A DNA stretch of 64,000 bases from positions 744,001-808,000 of the forward strand of contig JAQGDQ010000035.1 in NCBI GenBank assembly GCA_030141605.1, given 5' to 3'. Made by a program: the position numbers and the translations under genes. Positions 34,696 to 48,477 of this stretch are shown here, one piece after another. How positions within the stretch are numbered: position 1 is the stretch's first letter; the number at the start of each line of letters is the position of its first letter. The notes under the pieces are model-generated. The model saw only the letters and a list, made by a program, of their open reading frames with translations. It was not told where the DNA came from and made no database searches. The stretch is from Tubiluchus corallicola. Lineage: Eukaryota > Animalia > Priapulida.

Positions 34696-37345
34696 GTAAG
34701 TAGATATTCGAAGGCCAGGAAACTAGGCAATTTTTGGGGGTATTTATAGCCCTGCTTTTTCAGAATCCAGTAATCTGTCATCTGTCTGCCTTTGATGACT
34801 TGACTTTTTTGATGGCCATTTTATATGCATAACCAGTATTTATAAATATTATTTGTAATATATGGCAGTATATAACCTTTTGCAATAAAAGCTATAAGCA
34901 ATAGTACAGAACAACGTATTACACCAAAGTATTGTTGTCACAACAGAGAATCATCACATCTTTATTTATTTTTTATAGCATTTGTTCGTACTCTTGTATA
35001 CGGTACAACGTATGTACACAAAATATTTGTTAAAGCAAAGTAAAAAAATAATAAAAAACATTTTGTGTGGAAGTCTCATGTAGCTAACATGTTTGAATAA
35101 ACATAAGTGGAGCAGTGACTCTTGAATTAATTTCTTTCGGAGAACTGATGCCTGAATAGCCTTGAAATTCACCTGACCTTGACCTCACTAAGCTTATTGG
35201 AGATATCTTGAAAGACAGAAGGGGGTCTAGGATTATCCAAGAACATGCCATGTATTGCTATTCAATACAGGCAACCTCGTGACACGTCTGTTAGATGTGT
35301 AGGCACATCTTGAGTTCTTCATGTCACTACATTTATCATATTCCTTAAAACTGCAGGTTGCACAAGACACAAAGCATCTATTTTAAGGCATGATAGGTTC
35401 TATTTCAAGCATATTAATTTTAAGGACATTATAGGTTCTCTATTGTTTTAGCAAACTTTAATGTCATAAATGATTTTATATTGCTACTCCCATACTTTTG
35501 TATCCCCCTAGCAAATGTTTATTTACCACCCTGTACATTGTATTCAAAATGTTTTTTAGTTAAAATCATTTGTTTGTAAGTTCCATATGATGAAATACAA
35601 TAACAATAAGAAGTATTGCGAGTTTTGAATGTTCAACATTAATAAAGGTTATGATTAGCCAACTACACTAGTTAGTAAAATAAGCAAATGCAAACGCATT
35701 ACTAATAAAATGTTTTCTATGTTTCCTATTACCTAAAAAACATTTTGATTCTAAAATTTAATAAGAGAAATTCTGTTCTTAATTGATAATGTGATAATGT
35801 TGCAGTTGAGGTTATGTATCTGTTCTCTAACTTATTTGGATTATTACTATCTTACTGTGTTAGATGTTTTCTGATTAATAATCAGTTCGCAGTTTCCTTT
35901 ACTGGAAGTAGTGCTTTTTAAAATGTGATGCAAAGTCGTGCAGCATAATAGTTGACAGTAAGAATCACTTAGTTTTTTATTTTCAGACACTTGTCTTCGA
36001 TGTCAAGCAGAAAATAAGCAACAAGAATGTGTTGGTAGGCAATTTATTTCAGTATTTTAGTTATGTTAGTGATGTGCTATCAGTAAATTCATTTTGAGTG
36101 AAAATTTTTGTTTTAGGAAGTTGCCTTTCATGAAAGAATTTACATGTCAGTATCTGTAACAATCATACTTATTATTAAGTATAATAAGTTTACATCTTCA
36201 CCTCACATTCTCTAATTTATGTCAATATCAGAATTGGAAAATTCTTTGCAAATTAAAGAAATATTTCATTAAAATTTTCTTAATTATGTGCATTGGGTTA
36301 TTATAGAAGTTCTTTTTTAACATGTGGTTGTACATGTAAAAAAAAGAACTATATAAAATGTAAAGAACTTTTGCATGCATTGAATTTATTGACCATATTT
36401 TATTGATAGCTGAATATGTGTCAGTGAAAATTTTGTAGTCCATTTGCTACTGTAGTCCATTTACACAAGTGGTGCAAAAACAAAATTGAAATTAGTTGTA
36501 CTATTTCGTTTATGGATATCTATAAATAAAAGGGTATTAAAATTCTGATTTACAAAATATGCTAGTGTTCTATTGACAGTGATGAAGATCTTCCACTTCA
36601 GGACTAATTGAAGATTAAGAATGTCCCCTCTTTCTTTCAGAATGTTCATTATATATCTATGTCTTTCTAAAAATTATGTTTAATAACTTGCTTAGTAACT
36701 GTAATTTTCAATTCATCTCGCTGCCTTAAGAGGAACTATACTTCAAGTTTGTAATGCAGTTTTATTTATCTGTTAAGAGGTTTGCTGAACTCAGTAAATG
36801 CTCATAATTAGATTAGTGATTCCTCTCAAGTTGTCTGTGTTCGTTCGTACTATTAATATTGGACTCGAAAAGAAGAGTAAGTAGCTTAGCTCAGATTGCC
36901 AATGATCCGTTCAAAAATGAGGACATAAAAATGTGAAATATTCACAACTTTAATTGACTTTAACAATTTACGAGGTGCTTATCTTTCTTTGCTGAATTTT
37001 TCCAACAGTTTTCATGAATATTAAAATAAGCCCAACGTCTTAAGAGGTTAAAATAAGCCCAACGTCTTAAGAGGCATGTCTATTTTAATAGGAAAGTCCA
37101 GCTTCCTTAGCAATGCGGTGATATTGCCGGTGTGCAATAACGTCACTGTGCATAAGAGTGAAATATTGTGTTTTTTTATCGTTGTGGTTATTACTTTATC
37201 ATTTTTAAATATTTTTTTTGTTTTAGTTGTCTGGGGAGATTGCAATCATTCATTTCATAATTGCTGTATGTCTCTGTGGTTAAAGCAAAACAATCGGTGT
37301 CCATTGTGTCAACAAGAATGGGGTTTACAGACCACTGGCAAGTAG
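34521..37345 (+). CDS. RNF7: RING-box protein 2 (RBX2/SAG/ROC2), RING-H2 subunit of cullin-RING ligases, 3 exons, 113 aa
   Basis: Exons 34521-34695, 35987-36034 and 37227-37345, both introns phase 1: KIFTLKKWNLVAMWSWDVECDTCAICRVQVMDTCLRCQAENKQQECVVVWGDCNHSFHNCCMSLWLKQNNRCPLCQQEW. Closely matches RNF7 rather than RBX1. Confidence 0.96.
35987..36034 (+). CDS. RNF7: RNF7 exon 2
   Basis: tttcag|..TCLRCQAENKQQECV G|GTAGGC; 48 nt. Confidence 0.93.
37021..37074. repeat. Perfect 27-bp tandem duplication
   Basis: ttaaaataagcccaacgtcttaagagg x2. Confidence 0.95.
37227..37345 (+). CDS. RNF7: RNF7 exon 3
   Basis: ttttag|..VWGDCNHSFHNCCMSLWLKQNNRCPLCQQEWGLQTTGK*. Confidence 0.95.
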
Positions 37346-39149
37346 CAGCTTGAAACTATTAAAACATGAAAATGCTGGTGTTTCTTTGGTGTGCTCGCAA
37401 AAATGAAGTTTTTTGCTACTTTTTGACTATAGTTTTTGTGAATTGTTAAGTAAAAACTGATTTAACAACCCACTGTTATACTACTATTTGAGTGAAAACA
37501 TGACCACAATGAAAGGAAATGTGGAAACTCAGGGGATGGGTTTGGATTTGACAACAATGCCATGACCAGACTACACTGCTGCCTGTAATGTAGTCTATTG
37601 TCTTTACATTGCTATCCAAATTCCAAAGATGCCTATCTCAAATCCAGACTCAAGCACAAGTTCTGTCATTTAGAATATAATTTCACCAAAATATGAAACT
37701 CGTTCATTAATGGTTAATGATATTAACTACACTTTCTAATTATTTGATTACTGCTAAAAGGATCACTCTTGTTCAGACATTTTTAGCAAAAACAATTTGC
37801 CTTTGTCTTAAATAAAACTGTCACAGTATAACCCGTTACTGATTGTATCAGTGTTGAGGAAATAGTAGAAGTTAACTAATTTTTTCTAGTGTAGTTCTAA
37901 AAACTTGTGATAAAATAGTTGTCAGGAAACATTTGCTTCTTTATCACACTGTGTCCTTAAAATTATTTATTGCTACATGCAAAAATAAAAGAGAATCTTG
38001 ATGTCAAATTGAATGAAACATCTTACTGTATAAGTGTTTTGCATGATTGCATATTTCGAGTTCTTAAGTCAATATGATGTTATTGCTTTCAAGTCAACTG
38101 CATGTTATAATACAACTATAGCACTAGCTTGTACGCTTTAGAGAAACTGTGATACGTCTTGGATCTTCTTAAAACCTTTCACACCCTTAATGACTTTTTT
38201 TCACTTATAACCTTTGTTTAAACTACGTGTAGAAATGTGTCAGTGAAATTACCGCCATCGCCCCCACATGCAATGAGTACTGCATGGTCAGAGCTGTATT
38301 GTACCAGCAGAGTACAGCCTAAAGACGCGTGATGGGTGTATGTCGTGTAAACATTAACAAATTAATCTGGGTCCTGGATGCGTATATACCGAGATCTCAC
38401 ATGGAGTTACATACTTGGAGGGTGTAGGTAGTCATGGAAAATCCACTAATCGTAGTTGTGTTTTTGGTGTTGTGTGTTTAGATCTGGATGAAAAAAATCA
38501 CAACAAGTAGAGAATATCTTTTGCCTAGTGTGAATAGGTTTATGCTAAACCACGAGTTATTAACTGGTATAAGCCCAGGAGCTGACATCACACGAAGCAG
38601 TGCATAGAAAACATTAACAGATGGGCATCAGTGTTTAGAAAATACTTGGATTCTCAGGTAAACAAAGCAAAATGTTACAATATGTGAAATGAGTCACTCT
38701 TAAAGTAGAGAAAATCTGCTAAATTTCAGCATATTATAGATGAGTACTCGAGGATTTTTTCAAATTGATAATAATACTTTCCTTTTCGCTGTAGTATATT
38801 TTGTAAACACATATGGTGATAATTTGTTTTTCTCCCTAATTTGTAAGGATTTAGGAATGCATTAGGTATTTTTTGTGTTAACTACAAACAAAATTAGGGA
38901 TGTCTGTTATTTTGTGCACTCTTTTGCCTATAATTCCCAGCAGAGATAAAAAAGTACAACTCAGTAACTTAGTTAGTTACTGAGAAATTGGAATAATAAC
39001 TAGTTGACAATGTTTCTGATGTTGTCAGAAACTGAAGATTTTGCACTGTAGTTATAAAATTGAGCCTTAAAGATGAAAAGATGACAATTTCCTTGAAAGT
39101 GCTTCTTTTCTTTTATTGAATTCACCTTGCTTGAATACATGGGAAGTTC

Positions 39150-39843
39150 ATTTCACAATGAAACCTCAGCATTTAAATATTCAGCCCATCACCCATGGGT
39201 CAAAGGTCAACCAATCTTGGCACAACTCATATCATTCAATTTCTCTCTTAGCGACCTTTCATTTGATATATAACAAGCTACTTTTGGTGGTCCATGGAAT
39301 GCATTTGTCCCCTCGATCCCTATTTTGCCCTCCCTCCTTAGACCCAGCCACTCCGGTCACGTGTATACGCAGATAACTTTGCACAGTGAGTGTACCCTGT
39401 GAGTTTTGTGTCCCTAGCTCTCAGGATGTAAAAGGTCACCAATTGGAGGACCCCAAATTTTGCATTCTGGCCCCCTCCCTCAGGTGTTTAAAACTTGCCA
39501 GTTTTGTAAAACCCCAGGTGCACATCTACCATATAGTACCCAAATACTTGTGAAAAAATTTAGAAAAAACCGAAAGCTCTAGGAGGAGAGGAAAGGAAAA
39601 AGCCCTAGAAAAGGAAAAACGTCCTAAAGGAAAAAGTGACCGACGCCCACTGCCCTTCTTCCTTGACCAGTGGTCAGTGGTCCCCGGCCCGGGGCTACCA
39701 ACCCTGCGTGTTTGGTGACCCTAGCTTGCAAGACTTAGGAGTTATTAAGTGTTAAAGTTGCGAAGAATAAATAAGAATAAATTTTAACTCAATAAATAAA
39801 TAACTCAATGAAAAACAGTAAGATTGCTGTAGCAAAATCTTAA
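39150..39843 (+). mobile_element. Helentron-associated (HINE-like) non-autonomous element
   Basis: GC-richer block with recurring ggtcac/gtgaccctagc motifs, an aataa microsatellite and a terminal palindrome TAAGATT-gctgtagcaa-AATCTTA; boundaries approximate. Confidence 0.45.
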
Positions 39844-40635
39844 CTACAGCCCGTTAATTTTAGTAAGAAAGTAATGAGTGACATGGCGTAACAGGAGGGA
39901 ACAAAAGCAATTTTTTGGCTGAATTTTTTCGGGGTAAGTTTTTTCTCAGCAGTTGACCGTGTTCTGATGGCCGCCCTTTGTCACCCTTGAGCATTTTGAG
40001 ATATTCGTCTAAGTGTTACATTGAAAAAAGCGTGTGCTGTGACATACCAAAATTATCTTGATAAGGCAAATGAAACTGCAACTGACATAGATTTAACATT
40101 GATACCCTGTTTTTGATATGGAAAATTCAAAAACTGACGCTACAACTCGTACATAATACATTAATTGCATACAATAATTATTAATTTTGCGATAACATTT
40201 TGCTATATTAAGTTCAAGCGTGCTGTTTCACAAAATTATAACTGATTTAGTTTAGTAACAGTTAGAAATTTGAAAATTCTGCCGCAGTTATCAGTAAAAC
40301 TGTAATAATTGCTACTATGCCTTGCTGTTGACCTACTTTTGTATCTTAGCTGGGCATCCGTGTCATACGAAGACGCAGATGCGTGGAGTTGTACTTTACA
40401 ACATAGTTGCTTCAAAGTTGCTTCACAGAAGTGTGGGTGGTTAATTTAATAAAACTTGCATTCAGTTTACATGAGCTGAAAGAAAAGGCAACTGGTCGGC
40501 ATTTACTTTTCGTCAGTGAAATGATGCCTTACTTTTTTGTTGTTGGTTATGCAGGCCGGGTATGGGCTTCATTATGTCAGAGCTATGGAATGTCTTCCTG
40601 ATGTGTTTTCACATTAGAGAAAGGCAGCCATGACT

Positions 40636-41570
40636 TAGGGGTGTGCAAATTATCTGACTAGCCGGGCCACATTAAACTTTCCCGCAATTTCTGCGGGCCA
40701 CATGCAGTTTGGTCAAGAAATCACGTACAGTAAGACCTAATAACGTTTTTTTGCATCTACGCACATCATTACTGCTACAGTACTACACTCAAGTAAAAAC
40801 CACAGATTTCAACATTAATGTCAGATAGTGGTAATTTCATTACAATTCATATTAGTAATGTGTATGTCACAGTCTGTGTAGTACCATGCATATCAATCTG
40901 TCTTGACTCGAAGTTCTTCAATCTTCCTCATTTTCTTATCCATGATTCTGATCTGTAAGAACACTACAACTGATGAAACGACGAAACAGCCACTGATCGA
41001 CACGTGTACTACTAAGCAGAAACTAAAATCTGCGAATTCCCTATATCAGGAGTGGCCTCACATTTTCAGCTTGCTGGCCACTTACAAATTGATCTGCCCA
41101 GTCGTCTTCTTGGTCATAGTAGGTAGATCATTTTGACTTGGTTATTTCATAATTTTATTTATAATTTATTTTGTAAAATAACCAAGTCAAAATGATCTAC
41201 CTGTATGGCCAAGAAGACGACTGATCAACCACCCCTATAATAGAAGCCTAGAGATTGGCTGGTTGGTCTTCCTACTGGCCAATCCTATTGCTTCACGCAT
41301 TTCTTGCACATTTGAGCGTTTCAATGGCAGCTACCGTGACAGTTTACTGTGTTCTGGGATTACATCGCTTTTTTGTGTTCCAAGCGAGCAACATGTAATT
41401 TCGTCATGTCCGGCAGTGACATTAAGTGACAACAGTCTTGTAGTGGAAAAAACTGCTCACACTATCTTTGCGATTGTGACGCGGACTTCAGTTGGATGCG
41501 CAATTCACCGCGGTCCGCACTTTCATTAGGTTGACAAACCTCTTCGCGGGCTGCAGTTTGCACACCCCTT
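40636..41570. mobile_element. Longer copy of the hAT family at 27742-28223
   Basis: AGGGGTGTGCAAATT...TTTGCACACCCCT ends; both end regions align to the 27742 copy; TSD not preserved. Confidence 0.85.
41099..41223. repeat. Near-perfect 125-bp palindrome with about 48-bp arms
   Basis: cagtcgtcttcttgg..aggtagatcattttgacttggttattt / aaataaccaagtcaaaatgatctacct..ccaagaagacgactg. Confidence 0.9.
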
Positions 41571-42432
41571 ATAACATCCAACTGAAATTAAAATGACATT
41601 TGGAATGTCAACCTTTATCAGGATAGTCACAGATGATCAAAAGTGATTGGTGTCACACTAAAACCAGAAAAAAAACAGGGAATGGGAACCGAGTCATCGT
41701 ACTTTTATGAAGAAGAACATTTCAGCTATGAGACAGTGACATATATACTCCAGAGCACATATAAGAAAGAAGAAAATGCCAAAATAATCGCAGATAATAT
41801 ACACAAGCAAGAATTATGCAAAAAAACTATGCAAAAGTTTGTATCAGTCTTCTAGTGCCAGAGAAACATTTTTATAATCGTTATAGCTGATGTTGTAAAT
41901 AGGTAACGTGTACCATTATGATTACAGATATTACCTTATGAGAGTATTTTGAAAACAAATGGTCATAAGGTTCTATAAAACAATTCCAAATAAAGTCTGT
42001 ACAATGGCAGTGATGAGGAACTTTGTACAAGAGGGACTTGAGGAAAATACGCCATACTGACTTAATTTATTCAAGAATTTGCAGGAACTCAGTAAATCAA
42101 CTTAAACATCAGTGACATTCTCTGCCTGATGAATTGCTTCCGTTTCCAGTGTTAACTGTTAAGGTGATGATAGATATTGTCACTTTTTAATTTGACATAG
42201 GAAAGAGTAGCATGTTGAATTAACTTAGACATTCCCAATATTTCTTCACAATATTAATGTACTTTGGTATTGGTCTAATCAGCCTAATGGAATAAATCAA
42301 GCCACTAAATTCGTCAGTGCCTGCTATACGTAGTACGAAATGTAGTAATATGTCTGAAACTAAAGTAGTTGTATGGCACATTCAGATGAGTAGAACAGAT
42401 AATAAACAATAGTAATAATAAATTATATAAAT

Positions 42433-44330
42433 ATGATAATTTATAAAAAATTAAAAAACAACTCGTCTAACACAGTATTCTCAGTCAAAAGCGTCACAGT
42501 AGGAGAAATTAACGACATATTAAATAACCTAAGTTCCAACAAAGGGAGTGGACCATCAGATATTTCTATCAAAATTCTAAAAGATAGTGCATCTGTAATA
42601 GCCCTGCATATGACTTACATTGCTAATCAGATAATTATGAGAGGCGAATTACCAACGGTATGTAAAATGGCAAACGTGACTCCAATCCATAAAAAAGATC
42701 CAAAATGTGATCCCATGAATTATCGCCCAATTTCCGTAATCCATTGTTTCGGCAAAGTTTGGGAAAGGATTATTTATGATCAGATAAATAATCATATGTA
42801 AATAAACATGAACTTTTATCAAAACATCAGTTTGGCTTCTGTAAACACCATTCAACCATTGACGCCCTAATACACACAACAGAAAATTGGAGACATAGTT
42901 TAGACAACAAGCAATACATTTTAACAGCATTTTTGGATTTAAGTAAAGCATTCGATAGCATTAATCACGAACTACTTTACGATAATTTAAAACAAATCGG
43001 ATTTGATTCGTTATCGTTAAAACTGATACAAAATTATCTCAAAGATAGACAACAACGAGTAAAGTTAGATACAACCAACTTTTCTGACTGGGCCGCGTTA
43101 AACAGAGGTATACCGCAAGGAACACTACTAGGTCCGTTATTATTTTGCCTATATATAAACAACATATCCAGTGTATTACAACACTCACAAATAACGCAAT
43201 ACGCTGATGACACTACAATCTACATAGCCCATGAAAATATCCAAACTGCAAAAAATTATTTAGAAGAAGATATAAAAAATATAAATATGGCATTTAGTCA
43301 TTACAAGCTAAAAATGAATAATGACAAAACAGAATTCATGATACTGTCACCCTCATTAAATACTAATGATGCATCATCAACCACATTGACATTAGATAAT
43401 GCTGTAATCAGACAAACTAATAATGTTAAATTCCTGGGCATACAGGTAGACAATAATCTTTCATAGGATAAACACTTTAATAACATATACACAAAAATGG
43501 CATCTAGCACATCATATCTCCGACAAGTTAAAGGGCAACTAACAAAGGAAACTAAAACACTAATGTATAAAACTTTAGTTCTTCCACACTTCTTATATGG
43601 ATGTACGCTACTTCAAAAAACCAAAAGAGAAAATTACTTAAAATTAAATCTCCTTCAAAACTATGCGTTGAGATTGATAGCTGGGTACTCATACAAACAT
43701 AAGGCAGGTAGACAAAAATTCAAAGCTTCAACAACTAACCTGAGAAAAACTTTAAAATTCCCAATCATTGAAGCACACAAAGAATATTTTACTCTGCTTT
43801 TTATATTTAAATACGTTAGCAACATCAGCAAACCATCCCAGAATAACAGATTTACCTTTTTTCCAAATCCTATCGTTAATTCCAGAACAAGCAATCTAAA
43901 ACAAACTAGGACAAATACCCACTATGGAACGAACTCTGTAATCAAACGAGCAATTCTACTTTGGAATTCTCTACCATTACAGGTTAAACAAATCAAGTCC
44001 CTATCAGCATTTAAAACAAAATTAAAATCACTAATATTAACCAGATATGAAATACCATCACACCAGTACGACAACATACACACTAATTCAGAATTCATAT
44101 ATCCACGGCCATATTAATTAAATCATGGTTTTTTTTTCATTTTTTTGTGCATAGTTGTAAATATGTTTGATTTTATTCGTCGTTACTTTCCATTACTGCA
44201 CAGTAGTTTAGATTGCACTGATGCATTTGCCTTCAGCAGTGTAAGTTTTTATTAACTAACACTGATTGATTATCTCTGTAAAGTTTTTATCAGTGATTAT
44301 CAATGTATTTTAATGGCAAATAAAGATTAT
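42433..44330 (+). mobile_element. 5'-truncated CR1/L2-group LINE (RT ORF2 plus 3' UTR)
   Basis: NYRPISV, DLSKAFDSINH, GIPQGTLLGPLLF, YADDT, KFLG; one frameshift (about 42800) and one stop (43464); AATAAA near 44319. Confidence 0.93.
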
Positions 44331-45482
44331 ATATATAGATGTTACTAGACCAATCAGATGCAATTTTAAAGATGATCACACGTCCTTGTGTCCTTGTTAT
44401 TTACCAAAACCCTGAATTTTGCTATAAACAATGGAGACAGTTAGGGGAACGGCAACGAATGCACATTTAAGCATACATAATGAAAAAAACTTGAAGGTGA
44501 TCCAACGTGTCTTGACCGCGCAAAATGTAAGGTTTGAAAGATCGCACATTAAAACCATTATGACCAGTAACTGTGCCTCCTACTGTAAATCATGCAGCAC
44601 CAGGTGCAGTTATAAAGATGTCCAGGCACTCTTGTTTTTGCAGCAAAAGCATGAAAATCTTTTAAATGTGATTTATATATATATATATATATGATGGGAT
44701 GAACGGCGCATCTCATGTATCGATTATAATATATACGTTACAGGCAATGTGCGAGATCAGGTATTCTGTAGATTGCCTAGGCATTATTTTTGAGTGCTAA
44801 AACAAACCAAGTGAAGTGCGTAAAATAATTTCTTCTACACTTTTCCTAGGCATTATGTATAACGCAAAAGCCTGTCTAGACAATGTATGTAATTCTTAGA
44901 TTTTAAATATTCTTTTCCTAATTTGCAAACTGCGTACATTCAAAGGTCTAATTTTTATGTAATGCGAAAAATACGTTCTCTGCAAATCAAAATTTCTATT
45001 ATTAACATGTTCTTCTTCTTCTTCCATGACATCAGTCATAGCCATTTAAGCTGTGCACAAGCAAAATCGTATTTGTGCGAGTTCTAAGCCTTGTACGTTC
45101 TAAATCTAAGAAGATTTTTTAGCGAAACTGGCTTAATGAATCCGTGGGCGAAAAAAATAGCAAGGACTTTAGAAAGTGTTCAATGAATCCGGTCCCAGAT
45201 TTCATAGAATTAAAATGTGATCCACCTGACTGAGAAGCATGTCAGAGATGTGGTGACGTTGCACCCATTACCAGTAAAACAACTCACTGGCTTACTTGAA
45301 CAGCTTGCTTAGTTTAGTATATTGAGTAAGCTATTTTATACACTGTCTAGGTAATGTAAAAATATCTAGGAAAAGTTTGATTCAAGACGAATTGTGTTCA
45401 TTTTACACTTTGCCAAAGTCACTTTACGTATTTAAATAAATCCTAATTATTATACAAAACATCTAGGTAAAATGTGAAAGAG

Positions 45483-45682
45483 TCGCAGTAAAACATTTAT
45501 TTTTCAAAGATTCCCGAAATGCATAGATGTCATGTGAAATGCCTGGGAATCGCAGCAAAAACATTTATTTTTCACAGATTCCCGAAATGCATAGATATGT
45601 GAAATACCTGTGTGTCGCAGCAGAAAGATTTATTTTTCACAGATTCCCGAAATGCATAGATGTCACGTGAATGCCTGGGAAT
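45483..45682. repeat. Minisatellite, about 65-68 bp x3
   Basis: Core atttatttttcacagattcccgaaatgcatagatg occurs three times. Confidence 0.9.
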
Positions 45683-45935
45683 TTTATAAAATGTCCATAT
45701 TTTACACAAATTTACAGAAATGTCTAACATATATGGTAGTGAAAAATTAGTTTGTGTCATGAAAACCACTGAGAAAAAACTTACCCTGAAAATGCAAGAA
45801 GGCTCATCCCACCGGCTCCCAGACTATACATGGAATAAAGATGAACTAAAAGTAGGATATTAAAAGTAATTTTCTCTGATTTCATCTGTTGGCAGTTGAC
45901 GGCGCATGACGTGTTTTGACTTCGTCCGCAGTATA

Positions 45936-47021
45936 CAGTCTAGCCTCGTTATCTCGCCCCTCGTTATGCCGCCAAACTCGTCTTTCGCTATAGAAAGTAC
46001 CAGGACGGATTTCCTGCTTAGATATTTACCTCGTTTAGTTGCCACCCTCGCTTCTCGCCCTCGCCACGTCATGCTAGGATGAGTGCTTATGTAAACTATA
46101 TTCGTTATGTCGCCAAACAGACAAACTCAGAGGTGAATCGATCAATACATATACCGCGTGTCGATCAATATAACCGCGGTATATAGACAATGCTACTGTA
46201 CTCGATAGACAGACATAATTAATCTAGTGTGTGTCTCACCAGGATTAGATTAGGAGTGCTGTGGTTGGTTAATGCGCAGAGAAACTAAAGCGTCACCGAT
46301 ATCCTTACTCTATAACACCAAAGCTGCGTTTAAGTTTGAGTTTCCACAAAGTGTGAGCAACTTTACATGATGTCTCTGAAGCGAAAACTGTTTTGTCTTA
46401 ATCCTGAACAAAAAAAGGAAATTTGTATTTATCATACGAATAATTCTTCAAAGACAGCAGGAAATTGCTACTGTATTTAGTGCGAAATTTGGTGACACTG
46501 TTAGCCGGAGAAGTGTCTCATGGCGCATCTCATGTATCGAATGACCAGGCAGCAGCAGCTGTCGACACACTGATGCGATACTCTGAACAGTCTGACAGAG
46601 TCACAAGCGACGATATTCAAGGATTGTGTTTGATTAAACGTCGTGTTGACTGCTTGCGTGTATCACCAATGAAACAGTCGTCTCTTCTGAATTATTTCAG
46701 TCGTCAGTAACTCATTTGTGAACACTTCTAAATCTTTTGCTAAGTTTATTGCATTTAAGTGTATACTCGAAAAAGGTTTTTTAAATAAAAGAGTAACATT
46801 CTAAGATTATTTTTATGACATTTTTTCATTTCTGATTTAATGTTGATTGGTATCATAATGCGAAATATATTTTATATGTACATAGAGGAACACTATGTTA
46901 ATCAACTATTATGTATATACATATAGACTAACTCCGTTATATTCCTGTTATCTCGCCATACTCGCCTCTCGCCAAAAATTTGCCCTAGATAACGAGGTGG
47001 CGAGATAACGAGGCTTGACTG
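45936..47021 (+). mobile_element. pogo/Tigger (Tc1-mariner superfamily) internally deleted element
   Basis: TA on both sides; 23-bp TIR CAGTC(T/A)AGCCTCGTTATCTCGCC; N-terminal CENP-B-type HTH remnant (MSLKRKLFCLNPEQKKEIC...QEIATVFSAKFG) and C-terminal KQSSLLNYF. Confidence 0.92.
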
Positions 47022-47177
47022 TAGGTCATGCTGTACAAGTTCTAACGTACAGTAATGTTGCAGCCACCTGCTTTACGGTAAAAACGAGATAGAATTGGCC
47101 ATTAAAGTTTTATAATGATATAAGGAAATATCTACACGGTGGATTACTTTTCATATATAAGTTAAAATAATAGTGCA

Positions 47178-48093
47178 ATGCCGACAGCTATGGAAGACAA
47201 CTTGGGAGAAAGAGTACGCCAAGAAATTGAAAACTTGGATGTGGAGCTGGAGCCAACCATTATGAGAATGCTTACACGACCTGAAAATGTAAGTGCTATC
47301 AAGTTGGTGATTGATATTTTTGTTGAGCCAATCATAGAGAATACTATCGATGAAGCAATGCCAAGTATATCTTTCGATAAATTCTCTAAAACTTGCGACA
47401 ATTTAGAAGCCAAACTTAATGAGCCAAACAGTATTCGAGGCGAAATACAATTAGATGTTTCGGTCTTGTAGAAAATCAAGATGAAAATACGGATGATCTT
47501 GCTCTGTCTCTGTTCAATGACGATTTTGGATTAAAAAGTGTGATAATTGCAGACAGTACTCATAGAGTTGGTCGTGTTAATACTGACAACCCAAGACCAA
47601 GGGGAGTAATATGTAAATTTACGACGAATAGAGTTAAACGGGAAGCACATGTAATGACTGCAAGTCGACTGCTCGTGAAGAACAACAGACAGAATAAAAT
47701 GCCGGCACCACCGTTTGTCATGAGAGAAGATTTGACGGCCAGGAATCTAAACAGACAGAATAAAATGCCGGCACCACCGTTTGTCATGAGAGAAGATATG
47801 ACGGCCAGGAATCTAAACATAGTCAAGAAATGTATTTCGCTTGCTCAATCCAAAAGATTACATCCACGTGGACAATCGATGGCAAGATCTTCGTAAAAGA
47901 TAGACATGGCGCAAGACATCAGATCAAGGACGTTAGTGATCTCCGTAACTACGGCGAAACAAGGCATATGGATCGAGCTGAGAACAATGTAGTAGGAAGA
48001 GAGGATGAGCAAGGTATGCCTAGAAAAGTTACGTCACCTCCTAACTCTTCAACGAGGCGTCAAACTAGATTATCCTCTAAAATGACAGTTTGA
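47178..48093 (+). mobile_element. LINE ORF1 remnant (L1-ORF1-like RRM/CTD type found in CR1/L2 groups)
   Basis: HRVGRVNTDNPRPRGVICKF, FVMREDLTARN, STWTIDGKIFVK; frameshifted. Confidence 0.8.
47684..47815 (+). repeat. 66-bp in-frame tandem duplication inside the ORF1 remnant
   Basis: NRQNKMPAPPFVMRED(L/M)TARNL x2, one mismatch. Confidence 0.95.
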
Positions 48094-48477
48094 CCTTCAA
48101 AGATGACGTAAGTCTCCTATTCGTTTTAAGTGATTGGTAATAATAATAACTTGACTGGCTAGTATATATCTTTATGAGGTCAATGCTGTATAAGTAATTA
48201 CTTTATCTTTGGAATCAGTACGTTTTGTTTTTAGAGCTTTTTACTTTCTAAAGAACTAAACACTGAAATGAGGTTTACTACATATTCCTTGAAAAGACAG
48301 CTGTTGAATCTTTAGTTTGAGTATGCCTATAATTACAATAATATCGCTGGCCTACAGGCTACAGGTTGTAGTAGGCTTTACACGATAAAGTTGTTTCACC
48401 AACTTAATTCACTTTCCGATTACTATGAAAGAATGATACCACAAGTTTTTTGTTTTATATTTTACTTTTTTTCGTAG

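Noticed and set aside
32915-38541. Similar segments at about 32915-33020 and 38125-38240 with Harbinger-like GCCCTGTTTACACT ends
   Set aside because: Similarity is weak, and TIR/TSD pairs could not be fixed by eye
44345-44692. Possible further Helitron (ACTAG ... (TA)n) and the 87-aa ORF at 44431
   Set aside because: No subterminal hairpin, no second copy and no recognisable protein
45483-45682. Regularly spaced repeats suggesting a CRISPR array
   Set aside because: Intervening sequences resemble each other (minisatellite); eukaryotic context with no cas genes
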